Source: Octopus vulgaris
Taxonomy: Eukaryota
NCBI GenBank assembly: GCA_951406725.2
Contig: OX597817.1
Location: 66,588,001 to 66,652,000, forward strand
Reading direction: 5' to 3'
DNA: 64,000 nt
The first letter of the stretch is position 1. Every line of letters starts with the position of its first letter. A program made the translations under genes and the position numbers. Shown here piece by piece: positions 41,371 to 55,419 of this stretch. The notes under the pieces are model-generated. The model was not told the origin of the DNA and did not search any database. It saw only the letters and a list, made by a program, of their open reading frames with translations.

Positions 41371-42215
41371 GTTTAGGGTACTTCACAGGTATATACTAAA
41401 CTTTAGTATGCACCTTCTGTGCACTTGTTCCGTTTTCACTCCCGGGTTGTCAAGGTCTCAGTGGCAGGGGTATATTTAGTCATAAGCCAAGAGTTGACAA
41501 TCTACGGAAATGAAGTTTTTAGTCACAATTTATCGTTAATCACTGTTCGACAGCAAAGATAATGCAATCGGATCACTGTTACGCATGTGATTAAAGAATG
41601 ATTGCTTTTTGAAACCAGTTTTTACTGTACTTCCTACCTTTTTAACATTTAGATTACTCTGTCAAATATAAAGCTTATTTATTCATTGTTTTCAATAGCG
41701 TCGAGATTTTGTTTGCAAATACATTTTTGATTTGCTTTCAAATAGCTTCCAGAATTTGACGATGTGATTGTTTATTTTTAGAATAGCATTGCAGGTTAGG
41801 TGTGAGAGGCCGGATCTGACCGGTTTGAACATAAAACAGGTAGAATATTTGGGCCAGATAGAGCTGGTTCAAATGCTAAAGGGTTAAAAATACAGCTTTA
41901 TATATATGTGTCACATCATATATACAATATACAGTGTACCCTGTAAGATTTTGAGCATAGAATTAAAAATCTTCAATTTGTTTCGTTATTTCTGAGGACG
42001 TGAATTCTGCCTCCATTCTCAAATTGATCTTGGGTTATTTGCGATTTATTGTCATCAGATCATTAATTTAAGAAAAACACAAGAATCACAGGAAACAAAA
42101 TAGCTTCAAATATAACGAGAAATCTCATGGCACATGAACTTATTCCGTCTTGGGAGCTTTGTTGATATGGATAGAAGATGAGAGCCATCTGACCGCTATA
42201 AGCATAGAAAGTTTT

Positions 42216-42454
42216 AGGGCGGCGAGCTGGCAGAAACGTTAGCACGCCGGGCGAAATGCGTAGCCGTATTTCGTCTGCCGTTACGTTCTGGGTTCAAATT
42301 CCACCGAGATCGACTTTGCCTTTCATCCTTTCGGAGTCGATAAATTAAGTACCAGTTTCGCACTGGGGTCGATGTAATCGACTTAATCCTTTTGTCTGTC
42401 CTTGTTTGTCCCCTCTATGTTTAGCCCCTTGTGGGCAATAAAGAAATATATAAC
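42216..42454 (+). mobile_element. SINE family B, young monomer
   Basis: TSD catagaaagtttt at 42203-42215 and 42455-42467. Confidence 0.92.
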
Positions 42455-43120
42455 CATAGAAAGTTTTTTTTCTTCTTTTTTTCAGATAAGAGATCAGAGT
42501 GACATTCAAATGTGTTTGTCCTCATTTGCTATGTACCTTTTAAATTGTGAAAAGAAAATACATGGAGTAAGAGAGTGATCGATGAAATTAAACCCCCAAC
42601 TTGATTGATTTTTTATCAGCCTTATTTGTTCGACTTAATAGAAACAGCAACCAAATGTCCCTCAGATCAGAACTACAGCTTTAAAAACAGGAGGAAGCAT
42701 TGAACAACGTAGCTCTTCATAGACAAAACGAAAAGGAAAAAAAAATGAAATGAACGCAGCAAGAATGCTTTTGATCATAGGTCTACTCGATCAGGTTTAG
42801 CTCCCAGTCACACGATAGCAAAAAAGATAGGAGACGAATTCAGTAGGATTTGAATTGTGAATGCAGAAGTCTATAACTAAATACTGCAAGTCTGGAACTC
42901 TACCAACTCGGTTCATTTAACAAGCCGATGACTGGAGTTCCAATTTTGACAACCTGTTTTTCTTTTTGCTTTGATTTCTTTCTTTTTTTTTTTCAAACAG
43001 TTTAGCTACGACATTATCCAAAGCGAAACATTATTATTTTTTAAGACGATACCATGATGTGATGTGAGGGGAATTTGGCTACTCTTTCGTGCAGATCGTG
43101 CGACTATGGAGATGCTACGT

Positions 43121-43931
43121 CATACCTACACAATTGTGTCCTCCACTACCCACTTGATTTCCTCATACCTTTCAGAAAAATGGATATTTCTTGATTAAAT
43201 TTTCAGCAAATACTTTTCAGATGGTGTAGGCTACATTTCTTTTGGAATTTAATGTAGAAATAAAGAAAAATGGTAAGCGCGTACAATATATACCTCTACA
43301 AAATGGAGCTTGAAATTTTGCAGAAAACATGACGGAGTGGCTGTGTGGTAAGTAGCTTGCTTACCAATCACATGGTTCCAGGTTCATTCCCACTGCGTGG
43401 TACCTTGGGCAAGTGTCTTCTACTATAACCTCGGGCCGACCAAAGCCTTATAAGTGGATTTGGTAGACGGAAACTGAAAGAAGCCCGTCGTATATATGTA
43501 TACATATATATATGTATGTGTGTGTATATGTTTGTTTCTGCGTTTGTCCCCTAACATCGCTTGACAACCGATGGTGGTGCGTTTACGTCCCCGTAACGTA
43601 GCGGTTCGGCAAAAGAGACAGATAAAATAAGTACTAAGATTTAAAAAAAATAAGTACTGGGGTCGATTTGCTCGCCAAAAAAAAAGGCGATACTCCATCA
43701 TGGCCACAGTCAAATGACTGAAACAAGTAAAAGAGTAAAAAAGAGTAAATGAGTATATCAGTAGCGCGCCCCCGCTATTTCTTCTTTTTTTTTTTTAGCA
43801 TTAAATTTCAATATAATCGTAATCTACATCATCTGAAAGATAATTTTAGAAAATTTCATTAAAAAATATTCATTTTCCTAAAAGATATGCAGAAACAATT
43901 TCGGCAGAAGGGGCACACTTGTGCAGGTATG
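43121..43931. mobile_element. Old long-TIR MITE with a SINE in its middle
   Basis: catacctacacaattgtgtcc / gggcacacttgtgcaggtatg and tttcagatggtgtag / ctacatcatctgaaa inverted pairs. Confidence 0.65.
43333..43750 (+). mobile_element. SINE family A
   Basis: Homologous to 4998-5400. Confidence 0.88.
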
Positions 43932-44726
43932 CCTGATACTCCTTGCGTTAGACAAGGTAGCAATGCCCGTGATACTTAGAAGCAGCAACATAATACAAAA
44001 TAAACAAAATATTTACAAATAAATTGAAGTACAGAAAAAGTACATTTATCTTGAAAAGATATATTTGTTGTATGTTACAAAATATATATTCTTCTCTCGC
44101 TCAATCATCTCTCATTCTTCCTCTGTCTCGTCTCTGTCTCTCCTGCACATGTACCCCTACATACACATGTAATGTTTACCATTCATACATCTGTCTCTCT
44201 CTTTCTCTCTCTCTCTCTCTCCCCTTCTCTTTCATCTCTCCAACCCGGATTGAACATAATAACAATTCAAAGAAATTAAAAGATTATAGGGTACAACGAG
44301 TTGCAATCCTACAAAAGTCACAAAAGTCTTATATCATAAATACACTTATATGTACAGAGAAATATATGGTATTATTTACAAATACACATTAGTTATGCAA
44401 AAGTCGCAGGGACACTCATACGTGTAGACACACGCAACATTCAACATACACAAACATTACCATAGAAGTTGACACTTATATCCTAAATATTATATGAATT
44501 AAATCTATGTAATGATGTGTGTATGTGTGTGTGTGTGCGTGCGCGCACGCACATTATTTTACAAACAAATATATATGATGTATGGAATAAGAATTATCTT
44601 TTTAAGTTTTGTTTATGGATTTGGTTTGCAAGAATCTTGATGTGAAATCATATGTTGAAACAAATATTGCTGTATCTCGTGAGAATCACTCTGCCAATAA
44701 CAAAACACGCACATATTCAACTTTAC

Positions 44727-44877
44727 TTTTTATTATTAGTGAATTGGTTAAATATTAAACTAATCAATCGTTTGTTTAACATGGGACAAACAAACAACCG
44801 ATTGATTGTTTAACCAACACGTTAAACACGATCGATTAGTTAGTTTGATATTTAACCAATTCACTAATAATAAAAAC
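44727..44877. repeat. ~150-bp palindrome
   Basis: ttttattattagtgaattggttaaatattaaactaa / ttagtttgatatttaaccaattcactaataataaaa. Confidence 0.85.
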
Positions 44878-45247
44878 TGGAATTGAACCTGTGAGTGTTA
44901 TGATTTTCCCCAGACAACAAAATATTTTTTAAAGGTTTCATGAAAGAAAAGTGGAGCAAAATCAGTGACCCCTTTTAAGTGTCTCCGAGACTAATGGAGT
45001 GGGGGTTGACTAGAGGAGAAAACCACGACTCGTGGGTTAATGAAGAGGGAAGATCGGATCAGAGATATCGAGTTATACATAAATGTGAACCTGGCCCAAA
45101 TACAACAGAATGGATTCTGCTAAAGGCACACAAGGTGTTCGTGTTACAGGGGCAATAGATCAGGTCTACAACCCAGTATAAGCGCGCTCGGACGTGGATG
45201 TGTGAATGAACAGAATTAACAATGATATACATAATATAACTGCAGTA

Positions 45248-45450
<203 letters not shown>

Positions 45451-45515
45451 TTGGTGTCAACAAACAGGATTTTAAAAAAATTATTCAAACATACAATAAA
45501 CACAAGTATTAACCT

Positions 45516-46733
45516 TCAAACCAAACTGACTTTCTGGTACCAGTTCCTTCCTTGGTTTTCCCATAGCCAGTAACCCATGGTAAAAAACAGCCCTCTGAAA
45601 GAGGTGAGGAATGTAATTGTGTAGATTAAAGCTAATAAGTGCATCTTGTTGATGCTGTTGTGTGCTAGATTAGCCAGTACTAAAGATGTACATAAGGACA
45701 TAGTTAAGAAGAAAATATAGGCGAGACACGCTAGTGTACTACGCTTGATCATATGTACTTCACTGACGTCTCTCATGTGTCCAGTCTCGTTTAGAGACCA
45801 GATTGTGTAAGCTAGAAATACCAGTGAAAATATTAAGGCCCACACACGAGGTAGTTCCAAAATCCAGGCGCTTTGTTGGAAACGGTAACCATACCAACAG
45901 GGAGCTTCGTTGGTCGCTGTTTGTACTGCTAACCACTCAGCCAAGGTAATAATCGGTACACCCCATCCTAGAACTGCGTAGAGAACTTGCACTTTTAAAG
46001 GATCGTATTGTTTCACTTCCAGGTAACTCAGGTGTCCATGAAGGGCTGTCCAAATATAGGTAGTAATCTCCGCAAATTCCAAAATTACAACGAATACTTC
46101 ACAAAGATGTGGAATATCGAACACAGTAACAACGAGGCCGTCTTCAAGCCATACCATTAAAAGAATAATCTGAAATGATAGTTTCACAGATGCTTCGAGA
46201 ACCAGTGTTGCGAATAAGTTTCTATAGACGTCCATTCGCGGTCCGCTATATTTTTTATAACGCACATAAGCAAGGGTAAAGAAAATGGCTAGCAATGACA
46301 TGGACAGTCCACATATTCCCAGGATACTGGAATCGGTTAAATCCTCAGCTGATGCTTTTCGTATATTTTCTGAATCAAACTGGAAAATTAGTTCAGCTTC
46401 GGAACTGTAACACTGTGTGTAGTTTGTCCAAGCAGACGAATCGTCATCCCACTTCGAACTCCATTCTCCATTTAAGTCACAGCTACGATAAGCAAATTTG
46501 GTTGTATCAGAGCCTTCCAATGAAGGACAAGGTTGGCTTGCTGTAGTGCCGGCAGGAGTTCTTGGCCAGCAAAGGAAACTATCTGTCGTAACATTGCAGT
46601 AGATAGCTTCGCTGTCGGATTCAAGTTCAAGTTCATGATCGAATTTCGAAATACATTCTTCCAGGTATTTTGGTCTCGACGATAAAACAATTGTTCGATT
46701 GGAATCGGTGTTTGTGTCAACTGCTGTTGACAT
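45516..46733 (-). CDS. Divergent class B1 (secretin/calcitonin/CRF/PDF-receptor family) GPCR in a single uninterrupted ORF, 405 aa
   Basis: Hormone-binding domain C..CNVTTDSFLCWPRTPAG..QPCP..RSCDLNGEW..WTNYTQC. Seven hydrophobic segments with GWGVP (TM4), CW (ECL2) and SFRGLF (TM7). In-frame TAA three codons upstream of the ATG. Confidence 0.9.
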   Translation of the reverse strand: MSTAVDTNTDSNRTIVLSSRPKYLEECISKFDHELELESDSEAIYCNVTTDSFLCWPRTPAGTTASQPCPSLEGSDTTKFAYRSCDLNGEWSSKWDDDSSAWTNYTQCYSSEAELIFQFDSENIRKASAEDLTDSSILGICGLSMSLLAIFFTLAYVRYKKYSGPRMDVYRNLFATLVLEASVKLSFQIILLMVWLEDGLVVTVFDIPHLCEVFVVILEFAEITTYIWTALHGHLSYLEVKQYDPLKVQVLYAVLGWGVPIITLAEWLAVQTATNEAPCWYGYRFQQSAWILELPRVWALIFSLVFLAYTIWSLNETGHMRDVSEVHMIKRSTLACLAYIFFLTMSLCTSLVLANLAHNSINKMHLLALIYTITFLTSFRGLFFTMGYWLWENQGRNWYQKVSLV

Positions 46734-48010
46734 TACCGTTTAGGAGAGGTAAATAAACTCGTGCACTCATATATACATATATACTTATACACGCACATAC
46801 ACGCGTTTAGAAAGGACTGAAGTATCTTTTTCTGTGTTTTCTTTTTTTTTAAATGAAAATAGTTGAAGTTCGCCGAAATTTCGAAGGTTACACTTAACTT
46901 ACTGCTAACAGCTTTGCTAAATATGATTGTTTCAGCTGATTTCGCAGTAACTAGCGAGGAGGTTTGATACTAAAAATTCAAATGTAATTCAAAGAATCAT
47001 ACAAGTTGACTTCTCATATTTCATTTGTTTATTGTCTTTTTATCATAAACTCTATTCTGTATCTGCCCCTTTCCTTCTCTTTCTCTCATTCTCACTCATT
47101 CATTCATTCTCTCACTCACCCACCCACTCACTCACTCACTCACTCACTCACTCACTACTCCCTTGTTTCTTCCTTTCTCTCTCTCTCTCTTTCTCTGTAT
47201 CACTCTACCAGTCATCCTGTCTTTATTTCTCTTCCGTCATTCCTGCTTTCCTTTCTTTTTCTTTACCATCCTTTTTCAATGTGGTTTTAGCAGTCATGGG
47301 AGGAGCTTTCTTGTGCCTTATACAAACAGGGCTTAATACATACACGACTGAGGGGAAAACCGCTTTGTCACACACACACAAGCACAAACATACAGTCACA
47401 CTAACACACAACACACATACAACCACACAGCACACACGTACACACATGCATACACACACATATATACATACGCAATTACACTAGCACACATATACACACA
47501 ATCACACAACACATATACACATATACGTTAACCCACATAAACACGCGTAGTTACACATACACACATATATGCACACATATACACTTTCTACTAGATATCT
47601 ATTAAGTTCAGCTTGACAGTTTGTGCTTGTTTCTTCTCAAGGGAGTCGGGTCCATTTCTCTAGTCTTAAACCCACCCATCTATCTGTAGCTGTTCTCATT
47701 TTGCAATCTAATTTTTTTTTTCTGATGGTAAACCGATAAAGATAATTTTTTAAAGAATATAAGAAACAATATTGATGCATAAGAACACAACACACAACGA
47801 GACGACAAGGAAACCTCTATTCGAGAGATGAGAACTAGGCCTGCGAGCAAAATCTTACCCGAGTTCAAATTTGAAACACCCCTCCGATGCAGTCTTTAAG
47901 AAGATATATAAGAAAAAAATGTCTTTTTTTAAACCTTAAGATCAAAATAAAAATTTAATACATGTTACTAACTTTTGAATTTGTAATATAAAAGATTCAT
48001 TACTATACCC

Positions 48011-48440
48011 ACAGGAGTGGCTGTGTGGTAAGTAGCTTGCTTACGAACTACATGGTTCCGGCTTCAGTCCCACTGCGTGGCACCTTGGGCAAGTGTCTTC
48101 TACTATAGCCTCAGGCCGACCAAAGCCTTCTGAGTGGATTTGGTAGACGGAAACTGAAAGAAGCCCGTCGTATATATGTATATATATATGTGCATGTATG
48201 TATGTATGTATGTATGTATGTATGTATGTATGTATGTATGTATGTATGTATGTATGTATGTATGTATGTATGTATGTATATGTTCGTGTGTCTGTGTTTG
48301 TCCCCCCAACATCGTTTGACAACCGATAGAATAAGTACTACGCTTCCAAAGAATAAGTCCTGGGGTCGATTTGCTCGACTAAAGGCGGTGCTCCAGCATG
48401 GCCTCAGTCAAACGACTGAAACAAATAAAAGTAAAAGAAA
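48011..48440 (+). mobile_element. SINE family A with (TATG)n centre
   Basis: Homologous to 4998-5400. Confidence 0.88.
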
Positions 48441-48763
48441 AAATACCCGCCGGTAAAGGTGGGCGAATGTAGCGATAATTGCCCGAGTAAATGGACCTAT
48501 TCTAAGCATGCGCCTGTAGGCTGAAAAGTACGGAAGATAGAGGAGCACTTGCCATGGTACTCCTGGTGAGCAGGGTGATTCGGAATCCTCGAATTTCCTT
48601 GGTCGCTCCTGGGTGGGGGGTTCCCATTATTAAAGAATTTTGTTGTTATAATTCTCGAAAACTGATCTTTTTTTTCTTTTTCTACTGTTTAAACTTATTT
48701 ATGTAAATTCCAACTGTCCATTATATTGTCCTGAATCTTTTTTATCCTAGCAGCCAATAAAGA

Positions 48764-48779
48764 AATAATAATAATAATG

Positions 48780-48850
<71 letters not shown>
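48764..48850. repeat. (TAA)n microsatellite
   Basis: Direct reading. Preceded by AATAAA, possibly a retroelement tail. Confidence 0.9.
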
Positions 48851-49124
48851 CATTTATCATTATTATTAAGCAAGGCGGCGAGCTGGCAGAATCGTTAGCA
48901 CGCCGGGAGAAATGCTTCGCGATGTAACGGCTGATGTTAATTAGTGTACAGTTGAAGTTTGTTCGGAAACAATAGAGGTTGATTGGTACGGTTGAAATTA
49001 ATTTTTGTATAACAATAATATGGTATGTCGGAATCGTAATCAGTTTAAAGGACTGGTTCATCGTTGATTGCCATTATGTAAAGATGAAAGAACAGTGATT
49101 GAAGTTGTGAAGAAAACATTTATT

Positions 49125-51460
49125 TTACACAAGCCTGATAGCGGTTCTGTGGCATTTTTTACATACCATGCTATGTTGTTTTCTTCTGATCTAATGCTGT
49201 GTTCGCATCCAATAAGTCCTCTTTCCCCTTTTTTTCTTGGTGCATACAGTCTGCCTGTGTCACTTTTTGGGTGGAGTGTCCCATATCTCGTTAGCAACGT
49301 CCTTGTCTTTCTATCTAAGCTGTATAGTTCATCTACTGTCCATGCGATTACCCCTGCTCTATATCTAAGGAGTGAAACCGCCCAGGTGTTGATAGTTTCA
49401 GTCTTATTCCGTCCGTTTAATTTCGACTTAAGGAACAGTCTCAGTCTGCGCAAGTACCCAACCTTAAATTCCCCTTGGAAGATGCCCCTCCTAATTTCTA
49501 CTGTCCCTAAACTTCTTCCGTATACTTTCAGGTCCGTCCTCCAATTCACCATACTTTTTCCAAGTAATCGCTCAACAGTCGATGCAATACCAAATAGGTT
49601 CATACATTCCATAATCCAAGAATGTGGGATTATATCGTACGCCTTACGATAGTCGATCCATGATATGGCTAAGTTACTTTTCCTCCTCTTGCAGTCTCTA
49701 AGTACAGTTTTGTCTATCAGGAGTTGATCTTTGGTACTTCTGCACTTACGCTTGCAACCCTTCTGCTCATGTGGCAAGACTCCATTTTTTTTCCAGATTT
49801 TCGTACATTGACTCTGCGAGTATTCCAGTCAATAACTTCCACATAAGTGGCAAACAGGATATCGGCCTGTAATTGTCTACCGTAATGCTTTTTTCTATGT
49901 TTTTCAAGCATAGCACTGTCCCACCCAATGTCAACCACTCTGGTGTTACTTGGTCGGCAATTAACAAGGTGTTGAGTTGCGCAGCTATTCGTGCATGACA
50001 TTCACCAAGTCTTTTCATCCAGTAGCCTTGAACTCCATCTTCACTTCCTGAACTGAAATGACTACTTCTGCCTGTTTTGGACAGACTACTGTTTGTTTCA
50101 GTTCTTGCAACCATTCAACATCCTGCTTGTTTTCCTTGTCTTTGCTCCAGATGTCACTCCAAAATCTTTGACTTTCATTGTTATCTGGTATCAACTTTTC
50201 ATCTGTACACTCTCCATTTATTTCTTTATAGAATTCCTTCTTATCTACTCTGAATAACCTATTCTGGTGGTAACCCTTCATTCTTTGGTCGTATCTTATC
50301 ATATTTGCTTTCTTTGCAACGAGGCGCTATTTCAGTTCCTCCATCACCACTTTCAGGCCCTTTCTTTCAATATTATACATCCTTTTCAGCGCCCTGTATT
50401 TTTGTTCGTTTTTAAGCTCCCCTTTCTCTTTTCAGTGTAACACTGAAATTTCCTTCGAGAGCATGTCTAACCCTGCCTGTATTCTTCTTTTCCACCATGG
50501 ATCTTTTCTTTTGTCACTCCCATTATGTTTCTTTTCCTTGACATCAACACCCACGTTTTTTGCTACAACAATACTTGCTGCCTTGATTAAATTATTCGTT
50601 TCTGTGATGTTGTTTGTTCTGATGTATTTCAGAATTTCATTGACATTTTTCGTTTCTTGGTTCAATTTCCATCGATCAACCTTTTAAAGGTTGCAAATAA
50701 TGTCGCTATCGTTCTCCTGTAGACTTGCCTTTATTCTGTCGTAGATTGCCTTTTGTTCGTCTGTCATGTCGCCAGTTTCATTGTCTTCTTTTAGATCATC
50801 TATATGTCTCTCATCAAGTAAACTACCACCGCTTCTTTCCTGTGCTATGAGATTATTCTTGTTAGTAAGAACTGTATTTTCATCGTTATCTCTGCTGCTA
50901 TTGTCCAAGACCCGTCTTTTGATAGCTTCGAGCTCTACTTCTGTGAACCAACAATTTTTTCTTATTGCTCTAGCTTGATCACATAGTCTCTGTTCCGTGA
51001 GTTGAAACAATCCCTTTTCTCTCCAATGATCATACATACGTTGTCGGTAACCCCTAATTTGAGCACCATTTTCATCTACCGGACTGCTCAGGTAGTAACT
51101 CTCCATGACCACAGCATTAATCTGCTTGCTCCATCTACCGTTTGTAGTGGTCCCTTTCTGGATATCGACAGGCTGGAGCCGGACCAGAATCTCTGAGCCT
51201 GCCGGGTGGAACACTGTCACCATCATCGGCTTCAGTTTCTATATTTTCAACTTTTATCTTGTGCTTGAGATAATCATAAATATGTGGTTGTTGAAGGAAA
51301 TAGTTGAGTAGCAGCTTGGTGAATAGATAATAATATACAGGTCTATAAATAGATTCGGCAGATGGTGGTGAGGTCAGCCATAGAAACAAAAGAATCTTCG
51401 CACCCTTTGGGTCAGTAGAGGTCAAATGTATTTACCGCTACCAGTGCCCACTGAGAGCGC
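49125..51460 (-). mobile_element. R4/Dong-like non-LTR retrotransposon, frameshifted, internally deleted and 3'-truncated
   Basis: N-terminal RWSK..VMESYY..RGYRQRMY..LTEQRLCDQAR. RT motifs [33 protein letters not shown]. After IFQG the ORF jumps to [14 protein letters not shown], so the YMDD region is deleted. Confidence 0.88.
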
Positions 51461-52016
51461 TGCCTGAAAAGAAGCAATTCAACTTGTTATATTTCTAATT
51501 ACTGGTAGAAAAAACAATAATATATATATATATATATATATACATACATAAATATACATACATACATACATGCATACATACACACCCCCCACACACACAA
51601 ATACATATATACTGATACTCACGTCGTTGAATTTTTGAATTTCTGAATTCATTTGTGTTGTTGCAATAAAAGATGTATTTACGTTTTTGGGTAATATATT
51701 AAAGCTTTTAAGTTTTCTTGAGATGTTCGTTTGTCTGTCCAGTTGGAGAATACAGTAGGACTTTTGCAATGAAAAGGATGTTTACATTTTCGAATACACA
51801 AGGAGAGTCAAAAAGAAAAGAAAACGTGTTGTAGATAGTTTTATTTTAAGATTGACTAAATATGTTTTTTTGTATGACTGCACAGAGAGAAATGGCAGTG
51901 TTCTTTTTTGTTGTTGATAGACTTATTTCCGGGCATAGTTTTTTGAGGTGCTTTTAAACTTATGACTTGTTCACTCTGTGTTAGTCCGAGAAGTAATAAT
52001 AATAATAATAATAACG

Positions 52017-52069
<53 letters not shown>

Positions 52070-52085
52070 CATCATCATCATCATC

Positions 52086-52280
52086 AAGGCGGTGAACTGG
52101 CCGAATCATAGCACGCCGAGCAAAATGCTTAGCGGTGTTTTGTCTGACTTTACGTACTGAGTTCAAATTCTGCCGAAGTTCTTTTGAGGTCTATAAAATG
52201 AGTACCAGCTGAGCACTGAGGTCGATGTAATCGTCATACTCCTCCCCTAAAGTTGCTGGCCTTGAGTCAAAATTTCAAAC
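52086..52280 (+). mobile_element. SINE family B preceded by (TTA)n/(TCA)n
   Basis: aaggcggtgaactggccgaatc..gagttcaaattctgccga.. Confidence 0.75.
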
Positions 52281-52289
52281 TATTTATCA

Positions 52290-52590
52290 TTATGTTTTGG
52301 CTTTGCTTTAATTAAAACGATTTGCGCCCAAGTCTCGATCAAAGACATCAAAGAACAACAAGGTTTTGCATCTAAAAATGCTAACAGGTGAGGTGCCATG
52401 CTGTGGGAGAAAAAAAAAGAGCAGAATGAGTAAGATTGCATCTGCATGGATATGAATTTACCTAGAATATGTGAGTCACTCGTAAGTATGATCTTTTGCA
52501 ATTCACCTATTTTGAGGATGCCAAGGATTTGGTCTATATATATTTGCTTGCTCTTGATAACATTCCAAGTGCCCCAAATATGATGCTTTT
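52290..52590 (-). mobile_element. R4/Dong-like LINE extreme 3' fragment
   Basis: ELQKIILTSDSHILGKF resembles the LQK..L.GT.HILRK C-terminus. Confidence 0.5.
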
Positions 52591-54441
52591 GTCTAGCTCC
52601 ATTCAGCTCTGATCGACCAACCATACTGCCAGAAGCTTTCCCTTTTGTCTCTCTTTTGAAAGACACTGTATCGTTAATTCTTTAAGACAGTCGAAAGTGA
52701 TTTGAGGGTGATTTGGCTACTGTGTCCTACAGATTGAGCGACTTTGTAGAGGTCTTTCTCGTTGGCCGGATCCGCGCCTTGGCTGAATATGATGGTAGTC
52801 TTATGATACGATGAACACACTATTTAGGCATAGCAGCCGATATAGAAATGAAGGTTTTAATATCCATGCTTTCTTAAAGGTATTAAAAAGAAGAAGAGCA
52901 AGGCGAGATAAAATGACCCCAATTTTCTGACATAAAGAATTTACGTTTACATTGCTATGACTTGTGCCCTTCAATAAAAATTCATTAAACAGACACAAGG
53001 GTAGGGATACTAATAATGAGGAGAAAGAAAGAAAGAAAGAAAGAAAGAAACTAGATTATGTTACATTTATGCCTTTCTCAGGGGCTAAAAAACACAAGCA
53101 ACCATCTGGCTCTTGGGTGCCTTTTTGCAGAGGTCACAATCTTGCAAAGATTAGAGTGTAGTCTCAGGTTCTTCTTATCAGTCGCGAAGGTGTTGAAAAT
53201 GCTCTTCTTTCTCTGACTATAAAAAATAAAGAATAAAACGAAATTCCTTGGTTCGTGGTTTCGACTCTGCAAAAATTACTTTCATTTTACATTGCTCATG
53301 TCATTCTTTGATAATAAGAATTTCTTTCCTAGCCATAACACTCATAAATTGTTGGATAATATAAACTAAATATGAATTCTATATGTTTTATATAGAAGCA
53401 AAAGCAAAAAATCAACATAATCATGACAATGAATGATATAGTAGACCACCATTGAGACAAAAGCTCGAGTTTATAGGGGTTCCTTTATAATACTAGGGAC
53501 GAATTGCAAGTACATAAGACCTGTGAAGATGCATCAAAGCTGAAAAAATAATAATGGATCTTTAATTTTACAAATTCATAACAATGTAGCATATTAAATT
53601 ATTGTTTTAATCAAAAAGCGTTTTTCCATTTGGTATTTTAGAGATTGTCACAATGGGTAATTCCAAATTTGAATGCTACCGAAATTTCAACTTTGGACAC
53701 GCGATTTTCTGCCTCTGACAAGAGACTCCTTCTGTGGCCAATGGTTAATGTATTAGCGTCTGGGATGATAAAATAAGTACTAGTAATGCTCTGGAAGAGT
53801 CGATGTAACCGATTATATCAGTAATGGTGAAGATACGACATGAGATACACCGAAAAGATATCTCCCTGCAATATCATGTTATAAAACGCATGCTAAACTT
53901 CACAAAGAATTTTAAAAGTTTAATACATTTATCTAAAATAAATTGTATTTTCTGTTTTAAATAAACGATTCAGGGTTTCATATTGCAAACCATATATCCA
54001 TAGTCGTTTATTAGTTAACACATTAGTAAGTGATTCCTCATTAGGCTAAAACTAAAATACACCAAAATACATGTACACATGTGACACTCCAATAACAAGA
54101 TTATTTTTTAAAATTTCGACACCCCGAGATACCGATTCCTCAGGTTTTAAACTATGGATCTGTGAAAATATATATATAAATAAATAAAATCAAAATATTG
54201 GAGCCTGGGAAAGGGAGCTTCTCAGTCATATGATTCCGGGTTCAGTCCTATCGCATAGCACCTAGGGTAAATGTTGTCTTCTACATCCCCTGAGCAATGG
54301 AAGTACTAAATAGAAGTTGAGTATATACTGGGATGGATTTGTTCGACTAAAAAAGTAAAAAAAAAAACGCTTCAAATTTGTGCTCCAGCATGACCGCAAT
54401 CCGATGACTGAAACAAGTAAAGAATAAAAGATAAAAGATAA

Positions 54442-54475
<34 letters not shown>

Positions 54476-55354
54476 GCACACACACACACGCACGCACACG
54501 CACGCGCACACACACACACTCACGCACACACACACAATGTCTGAACAAGGTGGGATGGTCACAGCTGGAATGTTTTTAATGCTGGGTTTGCCTGTACAGG
54601 GCCAACCAAGGTCTAAACATAGCATCTATGTTACCATTCTCTTCTCTAAACAACAACAAAGATGATGTCGTCAACCACCACCACCGCCACTACAAGCAAC
54701 TCGAAAGATGTTTAGTTAATATATAGGTCTAAGCAGTATCTCATTCTTTGAACCGTGAGAGCTAGCGAGACGACACTCCCCACAATCGCCCTCCCCTCAA
54801 ACACACGCATCCAAGCGCGCGCGCGCACACACACTAGTTAGATGAGACACTGGGGCAGAATAGAACAGACAGAATGGGGACAACTGTAAGATTCTGAGAC
54901 CCAGATGATGGGTTGTTAAATAAATATGCATTACGATGTGTGAGCTGTCAGAAATATATATGTTTCTCACTAGTATGCCTGCATGCATGTATGTATGTAT
55001 ATATGTACGTATATGTGTATGCATTCATGTATGTATGTACATGTGAGTGTGAATATGTGTATGAATGTATGTATGTATGTATGTATGTATGTATGTATGT
55101 ATGTATGTATGTTTGCCCATATGCGTGAACGAATGTTGCCTTTTTTTCTTTTAATTAATGAATTCTTCTCATAAGGTAGGAGGTAGTTTCTTTACTAACA
55201 AACTGATACTATTCGTTGGAATTTGGGCAACAAAAAAAAAACGTTAAATAGCATAATGTGGAGCTGTAAAGAAGTCTTGCATGTTTTTATTGTTAACATA
55301 CATGTTGTATTTGCAATGATTGTATGTATGTATGTATGTATGTATGTATGTATG

Positions 55355-55388
<34 letters not shown>

Positions 55389-55419
55389 TGTATGCATGTA
55401 TGTGCCCCTTCACTTATTT

